Of a stretch of DNA of 64,000 nucleotides, positions 52,944-64,000 are shown piece after piece; the first letter of the stretch is position 1; each line of letters starts with the position of its first letter. The notes under the pieces were generated by a model. That model did not search any database. It had not been told where the DNA came from and worked only from the letters and a program-made list of their open reading frames with translations. A program made the translations under genes and the position numbers. Source of the DNA: Mobula hypostoma. Taxonomy: Eukaryota. The stretch lies in the NCBI RefSeq assembly GCF_963921235.1, contig NC_086097.1, forward strand, positions 174,966,001 to 175,030,000, in the 5' to 3' direction.

Positions 52944-53749
52944 AATAATGAGTGCAAAAGATAAATACTGAGGTACTGTTCACGGAGCATTCGGAAGCTA
53001 ATGGAGGAGGGAAAAAACATTTGAGTGTGCACCTTGAGGCTCCTGTACCATCCTCCTGTGATAGTAATGAGAAGAGGGTATGTTCCAGATGGTGAGGGCC
53101 CTTAACAATGGATGTCGTCCTATTGAAACGCCCTTATATATAGATGCCTTTGACAACCTAACTTCAAAAGTTTATTATACCTACCAACAGGTATTACTTA
53201 GGGATGGATTAAACCTACCATACTTACCTGGTCTTAATTATGTGCCTCCAGGTTCTATACCGAAATCAAAGCTAAACACAGTGAACATCCAAGAGACAGA
53301 GAGACAAACAGTGACTGTGGAGACAGAATAAGTTAATATTTCAGGTTGTTCAGCTATCATTAGAACCCATCACCAGCTTGTACAGAACTAATAAATGCCT
53401 GCTTTGTAAGCAAGACCCAGAACCCAAAAAAAAAGGAAAACAAATCTTGAAACAGATGGATGCTTGTGTATGAAGACATTCTGGCTCATTAACAAAACAA
53501 ATTCAAACAAATCAAGGATGTTACACAGGATATCAGCAAATCTAATATAGGCTTTTTTTCTGAGGATATTCAAGATTCAGGTTTCAAGATTGTTTAATGT
53601 AATTTCCAGTACACAAGTATAAAGGTGATTGAAATAATTGCTACTCCAGATTCTATGCAGCGCAAGATAAAGAACACAATAATAAAAAAAACACAATAAA
53701 TAAAAATACAGAAAATAATTTATATGTGTAGATGAATTAAGTACACAAT

Positions 53750-55390
53750 ATACCGAGTCTCCTGGGAGGGCAGGATGAGCAATTCAATAGGACAGATACG
53801 AACAGCAATGGCCAGGACTGGAAATACGATAACAAGAAGGCTAAAGCAAACAATACTGACCAGGGAGGCAGTCGTTGCAAAGTGCTATTGCAGCAAAATC
53901 TGCAAAAACAAAGGCCTCAAGATACACCAAAGGAAACACCCCACAGAGCTGAAGATCTCTCTGCACCTGAGCCATCCCAGTGCCAGAGTGCCCCCACCCC
54001 CGATTCCCTAATCCATTCATCAAAAAAAAAGGATCAGATGGCCTAGATCATCAGCTAATGTATCTTGGAAGCAGTTTGATGATGACCTGGATTGCATCTT
54101 GGAAGCTACATTGGCAGGACCTGTCTACAGGGAAATCAGCCATTATGTTCAATTTAGCTAAAGAATAATTGGCCCAATTGAGAAGAAAGGGGATCTTAAA
54201 ACCATCACAGCAACCACAAAGGAGAGAAAAGGAAATTTGCCACCTGACAAGCAAGATAAAGACCCTGAACAAACAATTCAAAAACAGTTCACTTGATGAA
54301 GAAGGTGTCAAAGATCTAAACAGCAAACTGCAGAAGCAGCTGCGCAAGCTCATGAGGATGGAGCAGCTGCGAAAGCAAAGGGAGAAAGAGAGAAGGAGAG
54401 CGCAGTTTGTTAAAAACCCATTCAGGTTCACAGGGCTCTTCGCACAGCAAAAAAATTCTGGGACCCTAACTAGATTAGCTGGCTGGTGGCGTAGTGGCAT
54501 CAGTGCTGGACTTCGGAGCGAAGGCTCCTGAGTTCGAATCCAGCTGGCTCCCTTGCACACTCTCCATCCGTGCTGGGTTGAGCATCGAGCTAGCAACTTG
54601 GCCTCGTAAAAATAAGAAAGCCTGCTAAAAAAAACGCCGTCACAATGGCGTCCCGATGACTCCACCCCGAGTTAAGGGCTTTCTTCTTCTCCTAACCAGA
54701 TTAAAGCAGGAGGAGGAAGAGTTTCTGTGGGAATCACACAGCGATCCCCGTAGGAATCAGAGACTAGAATTCAATCCAAAAGTCCCTAAACAAGAACCCT
54801 AGCTGAATGTGGCAGAGCCCAGTTGGAAGGAAGTCTAGGATATCAGCAAGAGAGCAAAATCATCTGCTGCCCCAGGACCATGTGGTATACCCTGCAAGGT
54901 GTGTAAGCAATGCCAAAAACTCCTCCAGAGGTTGTGGAAGATAATAAGGAAGATTTGGACCAAAGGCTCTGTCCCTCAAGCTGGAAACTGGCTAAAGGAT
55001 GCTTTGTTCCCAACAAAGATGATTCCTCCACAATCACCCAGTTTAGGACAATCTCCCTCCCTAGCATAGAGTGCAAGATATTCTTCTTGGTGCTTGAGAG
55101 AAGGTAGACCTCTTTACTTAATGGAGAGCCACTTTATCAACTCATCCATCCAGAAAGGTGACATCCCAAGTTTCTCAGGGTGCCTCGAACACACGTCAAT
55201 AATCAGGCAATTGATCTGCAAGGCCAGGCAGAAGAAAAGCGACCTAATAGTTGTCTGGTTAGACTCAGCCAATGTCTACAGATCAATTCCACAAGTCCTC
55301 ATCCCGGCTGGCCTGCATCACTATACCCCACCAATTGATGCAAGACATGATCACCAACTACCGAGGAGGATTCAATTTACGCTTCAAAAG
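53750..55390 (+). mobile_element. Degenerate, 3'-truncated RLE-type non-LTR retrotransposon (Hero/NeSL-like, R2 group)
   Basis: N-terminal zinc-finger-like CYCSKICKNKGLKIHQ. RT pieces FVKNPFRF, SAAPGP, WKLAKGCFVP..QFRTISL..ECKIFF and QKGDIPSFSGCLEHT..VVWLDSANVY.SIP. Confidence 0.75.
54478..54690 (+). mobile_element. tRNA-derived SINE with (ttc)n tail and 13-bp TSD, inserted in the Hero-like element
   Basis: A box tggcgtagtgg, B box gagttcgaatcc. TSD cctaa(c)t/cagatta at 54465-54477 and 54691-54703 (one mismatch). Confidence 0.85.
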
Positions 55391-56561
55391 ACCTTTATCG
55401 GAAGTTTCCTATAAATGGAGTTAGTGTGCAAAATTAAAGCACATGAGATTGAGGGCAATATGCTGGCATGGTCCAAAAACTGATTGAAAAAATGAACAAT
55501 TGGAATATACAAGATGGTAGCAAGCTGTGACCATAGGGGAACTGCAGGGATCAGTGCTTCAGCACCAGATATCCATCAATGATTTGGATGAAGGAACTAG
55601 ATGCAATATTTCCAAGCTTGCTGACACTACAAAGCTGGGGAAGATTGTGAGTTGTGACAGCAATGCAGAAGATTAAAGGCTTTTCATACACTGAGCGAGT
55701 GAGAAGTGTCGAGTCCCCAAAGCTGTACCTGCCTGGTAGGAAAATGAGATGCTGTTCCTGAACCTTCATTTAAAAGGATCAGAGTGGGGAGCAGGTGAAA
55801 GGTCAAAGTTTAGGACCCCACACTTACTCCAACACCATCATTTTTGAATGAAGCTTGAGGAAAAACATCTCATCTTCCAGCTACTGTGAACTGAGTGGAA
55901 CAGAAGCATTTAGCAAAGCGGTAACCTAATTCACATCTGGTATGTCAATGTGAGATTAGATGCAATGCACTAATTTGTAAGTGGTACAAGCAAAGCTTTG
56001 CTACACCCGGGAGGGATGTTTGGGTTGCTGCAGGGTAAGATGGGAAGAGATAAAAAGGCAAGTGTTACACCTCTTGTAGTTGCATGAAAAGGTGCCATTA
56101 GGAGAAATCTTTAGATGGAATAGTAAGACAATGTATCATGAAGAGGATGGATTTTTTGGAAAACAAAGAAGTAAACAAAGGGGAAGATATGCCTCACATT
56201 AGTCTCATATTGAAGCATACCTATTTCTGTCCATTTATATGAACAGATCTGCTGAACTGCAGAAATGTGTAAGCTTCTCAACAATCTGCAGGATTGTCAC
56301 TTCAACACTGGAACTTTTGAAAAATCGAGCATGAAAGAATGACAATTTTGTATCAAGAAATGTATGCCTGTTTAGGAGTTCCAAGTTTCCTTATGTTGGT
56401 GAGTATCAGCAGGTCCAATCTGAACCATGAACATTTCACAGGAAAATGCAAGCTAATGAAAATCAATACTGCAGATGCCGGTACTGTATTCAGATCTGTA
56501 GAGTGAAAAGCACAGTTAGCATTTCAGGTTGAAGGTACTTAATCAAAACTGATTCCATATA

Positions 56562-56701
56562 GATGCAAACACGAGGAATTCTGCAGATGCTGGAATTTCA
56601 AGCAACACACATAAAAGTTGCTGGTGAACGCAGCAGGCCAGGCAGCATCTCTAGGAAGAGGTACAGCCGACGTTTCGGGCCGAGACCCTTCGTCAGGACC
56701 C
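56562..56701 (-). mobile_element. Penelope-like element terminal repeat fragment carrying a hammerhead ribozyme motif
   Basis: Plus strand reads ctgcagatgctggaa...gcagcatct...gacgtttcgggccgagacccttcgtcaggac. The same terminus is linked to a PLE endonuclease remnant at about 60300-60800. Confidence 0.75.
56664..56701 (-). ncRNA. Minimal type I hammerhead ribozyme motif
   Basis: Minus strand GGGUC-CUGACGA-A-GGGU(CUCG)GCCC-GAAA-C-GUC^GGCUG. Both core boxes and the GUC triplet are intact; helix I is weak. Confidence 0.62.
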
Positions 56702-57059
56702 GATATAGATGTCATATAGATGTTGCCCACCTGCCACGCTAAATGTCCTTCTCTCCATAGATGCTGCCAGACCCTTTCAGTTTTTTTTTCCAGCATTGCC
56801 TGATTTTAATGCTATCAGCCAATATTTAATGGAGACATTTTAACGTTTAGATCAGCTTCTTTTACACCCACTTCAACACATTTCGTGGAAGTGGGTATGC
56901 ATCAAGGAGCCTCAAAGCCTTCCCCAGAATAACTACCACATACACTGTCACTGACCATTCAGTACCAGATTCACATTGACCAAAGGAACCAAACTGTCAT
57001 TAGTAAATCTTACCACTAGTATGGGGGAAAACGTCAGCCAACAGTTAGCCCCCTTGTCT

Positions 57060-57528
57060 GCAACAGCGTGGGTGCATCCCCCCAAACGGCACAACTACGC
57101 ATGAGGACCTGCCGGTCTAGGACAACTGCGCATGTGCAACAATTGGACCGGCGCAACTGCGCACGCGTGACTCGGCTACCGGCCCCCATGCTGAATCCAT
57201 GCTGTCCTCCTCAATTTACTGTGAGGATAATTTACCCCTTCCCTACAAAAGACGAGATGTTCTGCGTTTTCTTTATAAAATCTAAATAAAACGACTCAGT
57301 CAGGGATGCGAACTTACCGATCCTCAGGCGAAGCAGGGCTGTGCTCTGAGGCAACGAACCAACCAATGAAATTTGCCTACTCATCGGAGGGTGGAACTAC
57401 CACTGCATCCTGGGAGTCGAGAAGCCAAGAGCGCATTGAGACTACAACTCCCGTGGTACATCACGAAGGATAGGGTTATTGCGCATGCGCACTGTGGAAG
57501 TGTGCCTAGTTGAACTTTGCCCATTAGA
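57060..57528. promoter_or_regulatory. CpG-rich bidirectional POP1/RIDA promoter
   Basis: ACTACAACTCCC at 57441-57452 and, on the minus strand, CTCGACTCCCAGGATGCA at 57404-57421 (ZNF143/THAP11-type). GCGCATGCGC NRF1-type palindrome at 57481-57490. CCAAT at 57363-57367. CpG density is locally high. Confidence 0.85.
57318..57400 (-). other. POP1: Probable non-coding first exon of POP1 (5' boundary unknown)
   Basis: Consensus minus-strand donor CG|gtaagt at 57317-57312 inside the CpG-rich region. The ATG exon has an acceptor only 2 nt upstream of the start codon, so an upstream UTR exon is required. Confidence 0.65.
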
Positions 57529-57593
57529 ATGGCAGCACTCGTGAGACGTATTATTAGTACTGCCAAGGCACCGGGAGCAATCGGTCCCTACAG
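57529..57593 (+). CDS. RIDA: RIDA (HRSP12/UK114, 2-iminobutanoate/2-iminopropanoate deaminase) coding exon 1: MAALVRRIISTAKAPGAIGPY(S)
   Basis: ATG at 57529. ISTAKAPGAIGPYS is the RidA/YjgF-family N-terminal motif. Donor AG|gtaaag at 57594. POP1 and RIDA are known to lie head-to-head in vertebrates. Confidence 0.95.
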
Positions 57594-58268
57594 GTAAAGT
57601 TAGCTTGCATTGGTGGGAGCGATATTGATTGGAAATAGATCGACGTTATTTAATTCATAATTACATGTAAATGGTAAGATGTACCATACCTAGTATCCTA
57701 TCTGGATGTATCACAACTTGGTGTGGCGACTGCTGTCCGCATTGCAACACTGACTATGCTTTAAAACTGCTTGTCTACCCATAAAAACATTAGGATATCC
57801 CGACAACGCAATTGTCTACTTGCACTGTAGCAGGTACATTTTGTTCTACATTCTGATGTTGTTTTAACTTGTACTACCTGTAATGTATTGATCTGTATGT
57901 GCAGTATGTTAGGTATGCTTTTCATTCTATCTCAATACATGTGACAATGATAAACCAATTCCAAAGCACGTTGCAAGTACAAGCTATTGGTTCCAACTAA
58001 CTTCATGCATAGTAATGGTAATTGGTTTATCATTGTTATACACAGTGAAAAAACTTTATTTTGCATGCCAGCTGTACAGATCTGTCAGTGTATAAGTACA
58101 TTGGGGTAGTATGAACGAAAAAGCATTTAACCGAATGTAGTATTCAGAATCAAGGTTATTATCACTGACACATAAAATTTGTTTTTACTGTAGTAGTACA
58201 GTGCAAGACTTAAATTACTATAAATTACAAAATAATGTAAATATAGGAATAGTGAAGTGGTATTACTG

Positions 58269-58481
58269 CAGTGGTCCCCAACCACTGGGCCGCAAAGCAT
58301 GTGCTACCGGGCTGCGAGGAAACCGATTTGGCGATATGAAACGATATGAGTCAGCTGCACCTTTCCTCATTCCCTGTTATGCGCTGTTGAACTTGAACAC
58401 CCCCCCCCCCGGTCGACCGGTCTTCAAGAATATTGTCAATATTAAACCAGTCCACGGTGCAAAAAAAGTTGGGGACCCCTG
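58269..58481 (+). mobile_element. 213-bp MITE derivative of the hAT element at 25294-26165
   Basis: Same 5' and 3' ends (cagtggtccccaacc ... gttggggacccctg). TSD tatta(c/a)tg at 58261-58268 and 58482-58489. Confidence 0.9.
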
Positions 58482-59621
58482 TATTAATGGGTTCATCTAC
58501 CATTCAGAAATTTGATGATGGAGGGGAAGAAACTTATTCTTAAGTTGTTGAGTATGGGTCTTCAGACTCCTTAATGGTAGTGATGAGGAGAGAGCATGTC
58601 CCAGATGCTGAGGTTCCTTAGTGATGGATGCCATCTTCTTCAAGTGCTGCCTGCTGAAGGTGTCATTGAGGATGGGGAAGGAGCCTGTGATGGAGCTGGC
58701 TGTGTCTACAGCCTTTTGAAAACTTCCTTTGATCCTGGTCCATTGAACCCTTCATAACAGGTTGGGATACAACCAGTCAGAATGCTCTCCTTCGGATGTA
58801 TCAAATCCCATCAAACTCCTAACAAAGTAGAGCTGCTGGCATGCCTTTTTTGTGAGCACAGTTTTTCTTTGTGGAAGTGCAGTGCAGGTAGGCAAATGAA
58901 GTGTAAGGAGCAAGCAAACTGAGAGATCAAAATTCGATCTTTACCATATAAGTGGTCTGTTCAACAGTCTATCCTTAAACATACTGCTGTGTGTTTTCAA
59001 GCCTTTGTATCTTCTGCCTGATTGAAGAGTGTAAAGGGAGAATGACTGAAGTGGTAGGGGCCTTCGATTATGTTGGCTGCTTCACTGAGTCAGCGGCAAG
59101 TGTGGGCAGTCAATGGCTGGTGAAAGAAGAGGGAGTTGGGTTTTCATGATAGACTGGGCTTTGTCCATAACTCTCTTGCACTGTTTGGCAGAAAAATTGT
59201 GATACCAAACTGTGATGCATCTGGATAGGATTTTTTCTATGGTGTCCCTTTTCAAAAAAATTGGCTTTTTAGTACTTGCATTCTATATTAATGACTTGGG
59301 TAACAGAATTGGGTGTGTACTGTAAAAGACTGCTGATAATTCAGCTTGTAACTGTGATGAGGGCACAATAGCATGCAAAAAATTAAGTGAGTGAGCAAGA
59401 AATTGGTATGTAGAAAGTTTTGAGGTTATTCACTTTGACAGAAGGAATGGGAAAGCAATTTATTATTTAAATGGAGTGCATTTGCAAAGTGTTGTGGTAT
59501 TCAGTGTTCTAGAGTCCCTTCATGGAACACAAAGGTCTGGCAGGTAGATGCAACAAGTAATTAGGATGGCTGATGGAATGTTGGCCTTAATTGCAAAGGA
59601 CTTTAAGTACAGAAGAGGGAA

Positions 59622-59715
59622 ATAGTCATAGTCATACTTTATTGATCCTGGGGGAAATTGGTTTTCGTTACAGTTGCACCATAAATAATAGTAATAAAAC
59701 CATAAATAATTAAAT
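59622..59715 (-). mobile_element. Very short 3' tail of the Rex1-like family seen at 2101-2713, inside a CR1 fragment
   Basis: atagtcatagtcatactttattgatcc..ggaaattggttttcgttacagttgcac is the reverse complement of about 2658-2713. Confidence 0.8.
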
Positions 59716-60299
59716 ATGAATGTAGACTTGTGAAACAGTTGTGAAACTACACATGGATGAGTGCATACAGTTTTGCTTACCTTGTTTAAGGAGGGAGATA
59801 GAAAAGGTTGACAGATGGACGGTATTCTCATTGGACTTAGAAAGAGAACCTTATTGGCGCAAATGCTGGAAATCAGAAAATGCTGGATGAACTCTAAGCC
59901 AGGCAGCATCTATGGAGGGGAATAAATAGTCACCGTCTTGGGCCAAGCTGTCTGACTTGCTGAGTTCCTCCAGCATTTTGAAAGAGTTTTGCTGAAATAC
60001 GTAGGATTCTTTGGGGAATGCAAGGTGAATGCTGGAGGTTGGGGGTGGGTGGGTAGGGAAGCTTCTACTGGGGATACCTAAAACATGAGAAAATCTCCAG
60101 ATGCTAGAAATCTTTATACTTTATTGTTGCCAAACAATTGATACTAGAACATACAATCAACACAGCGATATTTCATTCTGTGCTTCCCGCTCCCTGGATT
60201 ACAAATCGATAGTAAATATCCATCAGCTAAGGAAGTGTATGCAAGAGTTAACCTTATACAGGCGTTACAGTTTATCAGTGATAACAGCAAGACAATTCG

Positions 60300-60790
60300 G
60301 AGCAACATGCACAAGATGCTTTTGGAACTCAACAGGTCAGGTAGCATCTATGGAAAAGAGTAAACAGGCGACATAATGGGCCAAGACCCTTCTTCAGGAT
60401 TAAGAGGGAAGGGGCAAAATGCCTGAATTAAAAGGTGGGGGGAGGAGGGAAGAGGCTAGCTGGAAGGTGAAAAGTGAAGCCAGGTGGGTGGGAAAGGTCA
60501 AGGGCTGTAGAAGAAAGAATCTGATAGGAGGGGAGACTGGACAATAGCAGGAAGGGAAGAGGAGGGGACCCAAAGGGAAGTAATAGGTAGGTGATATGAA
60601 GTAAAAGCTCTGAGTGTGAAATAAAGAGGGTACGGTTTGTTCACTGGAAGGAGAAATTGATATTCATGCCATCAGGTCGGAGGGAACCCAAATGGTGGCC
60701 TCATCTTGGCACAAGGAGGCCATAAATTGACATGTTAATGGGAATGGTAATTAGTATATTTGGCCACCAGGAAGGCCCGTCTGTGGTAGC
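60300..60790 (-). mobile_element. Penelope-like element 3' end (endonuclease tail + terminal repeat with decayed hammerhead)
   Basis: Minus strand encodes ..GSLRPDGMNINFS near 60650-60690. A pyrimidine-rich stretch follows, then ctgaagaagggtcttggcccattatgtc (GAAA box mutated) at 60369-60397. Confidence 0.65.
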
Positions 60791-61285
60791 TGGTGATCAG
60801 AATTAAATGATATCTAGGGGGATATATCCTCAAATATACTTGGGGGTTGTCTAGAACTAGTTTCAGAATAGAGTCCACTATTTAAGACAGATAGGGAGGC
60901 TGTGCCTCTGGAATTTGCTACTCAGAAAAAGGTATTGAGACAAAATAAGTCATTATATTCAAAGTGGTGATTGACAGTTCTTTAAACATTAACAAAGAAG
61001 AGTTCGGGAAAGTGGTACTGAAGAAAAAGTTTGATTCAGTCATGACTATATTGAATGGTACAGCAAGCTATTTTTCCTACTCCTCTAAGTTTTTATAACA
61101 GCTAAATCAACTCACATGGAAAATAAAGATGGAGAGATAAAGCAAGGACTGGTTTCACCAAGTGTTTGATAGTGCTCCTCAGGAGCACTTCAGAAAGTTT
61201 TGATGTTAAAAGGTGAATTGCTATTATTGCTGTAAGAGGCAAGGGATAAATAAAATGATTTTGAAACTTTAAAAAAATTTCTTTA

Positions 61286-61565
61286 GGGGCCGGTTGGTGG
61301 CGCAATGACATCGGCACCGGGCCCGGGAGTGGACGTTCCCGGGTTCGAAGGCAGTCAGGTCCGCTCCCGAGTACACTTTCCATCCATGCTGGGTTGAGTG
61401 TCGAGATCGCAACTCGACCTCGTAAAATAAAGGGAAAAATACTGAGAAATGTCTGTGTGAGGAGTGGTGTGACACACAGTCTCTCGGTCGCTCCACGCCT
61501 TGTAAAATCCATGAAAAGGACATCATCACGGATGCACGCATGCAGACACGCACACTCATCACCAT
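61286..61565 (+). mobile_element. tRNA-derived SINE sharing a central segment with the SINE at 54478
   Basis: A-box-like tggcgcaatga, B box gggttcgaa. Shared core ccatcc.tgctgggttgag..tcgag....caact.g.cctcgtaaaa. Confidence 0.72.
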
Positions 61566-62059
61566 TGTTGTATGTTAGTAACTGTTGCCAATGTTCTTTC
61601 AACCAGTATGTTCCAAAGGTCACACTATTACTTAATTATTAATCGGTCTGAGGAACTGTAAGCAGATGCAAAATCAACCATGGCTACGACACGAGCTCTC
61701 GTTTATTCTCCTAAAGCCCCCATTAAACTTGGAATTTACAGGTATTAAAACCATGAGCTTCTCCAGTGTGCTGGCCATATTGAGTTATTGGTATATTTGC
61801 TGTAATGTTATTAAAAGGGAGGGAGCAGATTTCATTGTTGTTAAAACCTGGTAATTTTGTTTACTGCTCTGATTTAAACATTGTGGGTTCAGTAATCTAT
61901 GAAATTAAAGTGCTCTTCAGTTAATGATTGATTGCTATAAAGTTATCTTCAATTTCCGAAAAGTCAAAGTTTTGCAGAGCTTTCTGTCATTCTGTAATGT
62001 TAGAATAATATCTGCCTTGAATGAAAGGTTCCTTGCATTGCAGGATTTAGCATTGAAGC

Positions 62060-63120
62060 TTACTGAATATTGAAAAGCTTGGACGTGGAGCTGATATTTC
62101 CAATAGTGGGGAAATCTAGGTCTGGGGGCACAGCCTTAAGATAAAAGGACGTCTCTTTCGAACAGAGATGAGGAGGAATTTCTTTAATTTCTGTGGGATT
62201 CATTGCCGTAGACAGTTGTGGGAATCAAGCCATTGGATATATTTAAAGTAGAAGTACAAAGGCCCTTGATTATTAAGGACATCAAAGGTTATATAGGGAG
62301 AAGGCAGGAGAATGAAGTTGAGATGGGAAATAAATCTGCAATGATTGAATGCTGGAGACCCACTGGTCTGAATAACCTAATTCTGCTCCTATGTCTTATG
62401 GACCTGAGTTTCTTAGCAGAATTGGAGCCCGTGGAATAAAGGAGGCAGTGTGGATAAAAGTATTTGAGAAGACATGGAAAGCAAAAGGTGAAACAGTTCA
62501 AAATCTACCACTCTTGAGGTTTGTTAGAGTTGGTGGATTCAGCAAGTGAAATTCACTGTGGAGAAGTCTGAAGTGATGAATTTTGGAAATAGTAAGACCA
62601 TAATTGGAAAAATGACATTAAGGAGAGTGCTGGGGGTATTTCAACTGAAAACCATGGAAGCTAGCAAGAGAAGACAATGTAACAATTAATAACGAATTTT
62701 ATTGTTAAGTTGATTATAAAAGAATGAGGGGGATCTCTTTGAAACCTGTTGAATATTGAAAGACTAAGAGTGGATGTGGAGAGAATGTTTCCAATTGGAG
62801 GGGGGGGTGAATCTCGAACCAAAAGGCACAGCCTCAGAATAGAGGGACATCCATTTAGAACAGAGATGAGAAGGAATTTCTTTATCTGAGGGTGGTGAAT
62901 CTGTGGAATTCATTGCCATGGATGGCTGTGGATGTCAAGTCATGGAGTGTATTTAAAGCACAGTTTGATGGGTTTTTGGATAGTCAGAAGGTCAAAGATT
63001 TCAGGGTAGAAGGCAGGAGAATAGAGTTGAGAGGAGTAATAAGTCAGGCAAGATGGAATGACGGAGAAGACTTGATGAACTGAGTGGCATAGTTCTGCTG
63101 TAATGTCTTAGCATCTTATT
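62060..63120 (+). repeat. Two adjacent degenerate CR1 3'-end fragments
   Basis: gggcacagcct..gaacagagatgag.aggaatttcttt occurs at about 62125 and about 62825. Peptide VNLWNSLP. Confidence 0.75.
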
Positions 63121-63625
63121 TATTTATGTAATTTATAGAGTCTGTCACGTGCACTTGTATGGCCTTTAGACGTTACACCATGCCTAGAACAAACAGTTGC
63201 GTGTGCTTGTGTTATTTTTATCCATTTGGGCTGAAAGACTCATTCATGAAAATAATAATGTTTGATAATTTTATTTTTTTTATTTTTACTTTTAAATAAA
63301 ATTGAGACCCTTGCCAAGATGCCACAAAAAGATTTGACACTAGCCAAAAAAAAAACCTACTGGATCAAATTAAAAGCCATCTGCCTAACACCACTGATTG
63401 TCAGCTAGCGGAGCCCAAAACGTCAACGGTACTTTTTTCTCAGCATTTTGTGTGTGTTGCAGAGATAACTGGAGTGCTGAAATCTATAATTACACACTTG
63501 ATACATCTGTAAGAAGAATGGGCATTGCACAAGGGACCATGGGAAGTATCCTATATTTATGTTTAATTTTATTTTCTTGTAGTTGCTGCTTATTGGACAA
63601 TGGGCCTGTGATGTTGCTGCAAGTA

Positions 63626-64000
63626 CTGTGTCTCTGAAAAGTATTCACCCCCTTGGAAGTTTTCATGTTTTATTGTTTTACAACATTGAATCACAGTGGA
63701 TTTAATTTGGCTTTTTTTTTACACTGAACAACAGAAAACAACTCTTTCATGTGAAAGTGAAAACAGATCTCTACAAAGATATCTAAATTATTTACAAATG
63801 TAAAATGCAAAATAATCGATTGCATAAGTATTCACCCCTTTCAAGTCGATATTTAATAGATGCACCTTTGGCAGCAAATATAGCCCTGAGTCTGTGTGTA
63901 GGTCATTATCAGCTTTGCACATCTGGACACTGGAATTTTTCCCCTAAATTTTAATTGGGGAAAATTTTAATTTTGAGGTCTGGACACTGACTTGGCACCC
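63626..64000 (-). mobile_element. Second Tc1 IR-DR copy (right end, running off the window)
   Basis: TA at 63624-63625 is followed by a terminal repeat like 10260-10490, then the reverse complement of the transposase 3' end (agatgcacctttg..., cagctttgcacatctggacactg). Confidence 0.88.

Noticed and set aside
54051..54665. 204-aa minus-strand ORF
   Set aside because: It is the antisense shadow of the Hero-like ORF plus the inserted SINE.
57594..64000. RIDA exon 2 (QAV..D.T.YISGQ.G)
   Set aside because: Not seen on the plus strand. The region is repeat-filled intron, and the candidate acceptors near 63440-63465 do not give RidA-like peptides.

Overview
Eukaryotic (vertebrate) genomic DNA that is mostly intronic and dominated by transposable elements. 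The repeat repertoire (CR1, Rex1/Babar-like, V-SINE-like, Penelope-like termini, fish-type L1) suggests a cartilaginous fish; this is inference. The minus strand carries the 5' half of POP1 (RNase P/MRP protein subunit): a probable non-coding exon 1 near 57.3 kb and ten coding exons between 50922 and 9924. These join through GT-AG introns with consistent phases into 500 codons + 1 nt, and the gene continues off the left edge. Head-to-head on the plus strand is coding exon 1 of RIDA (HRSP12), separated from POP1 by a compact CpG-rich bidirectional promoter with ZNF143/THAP11-type, NRF1-type and CCAAT motifs. The introns hold a full-length L1 with TSD, several CR1 and Rex1-like LINEs, a Hero/NeSL-like RLE retrotransposon remnant, two Tc1 IR-DR copies, a hAT (Buster/Charlie-type) element and its MITE, two inverted hAT-type MITEs, two solo LTRs, tRNA-derived SINEs and Penelope-like ends, one with an intact hammerhead-ribozyme core. 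I see no prokaryote-type system and no clearly novel protein-coding system. The most interesting signals are RNA-structural and transposon-historical.
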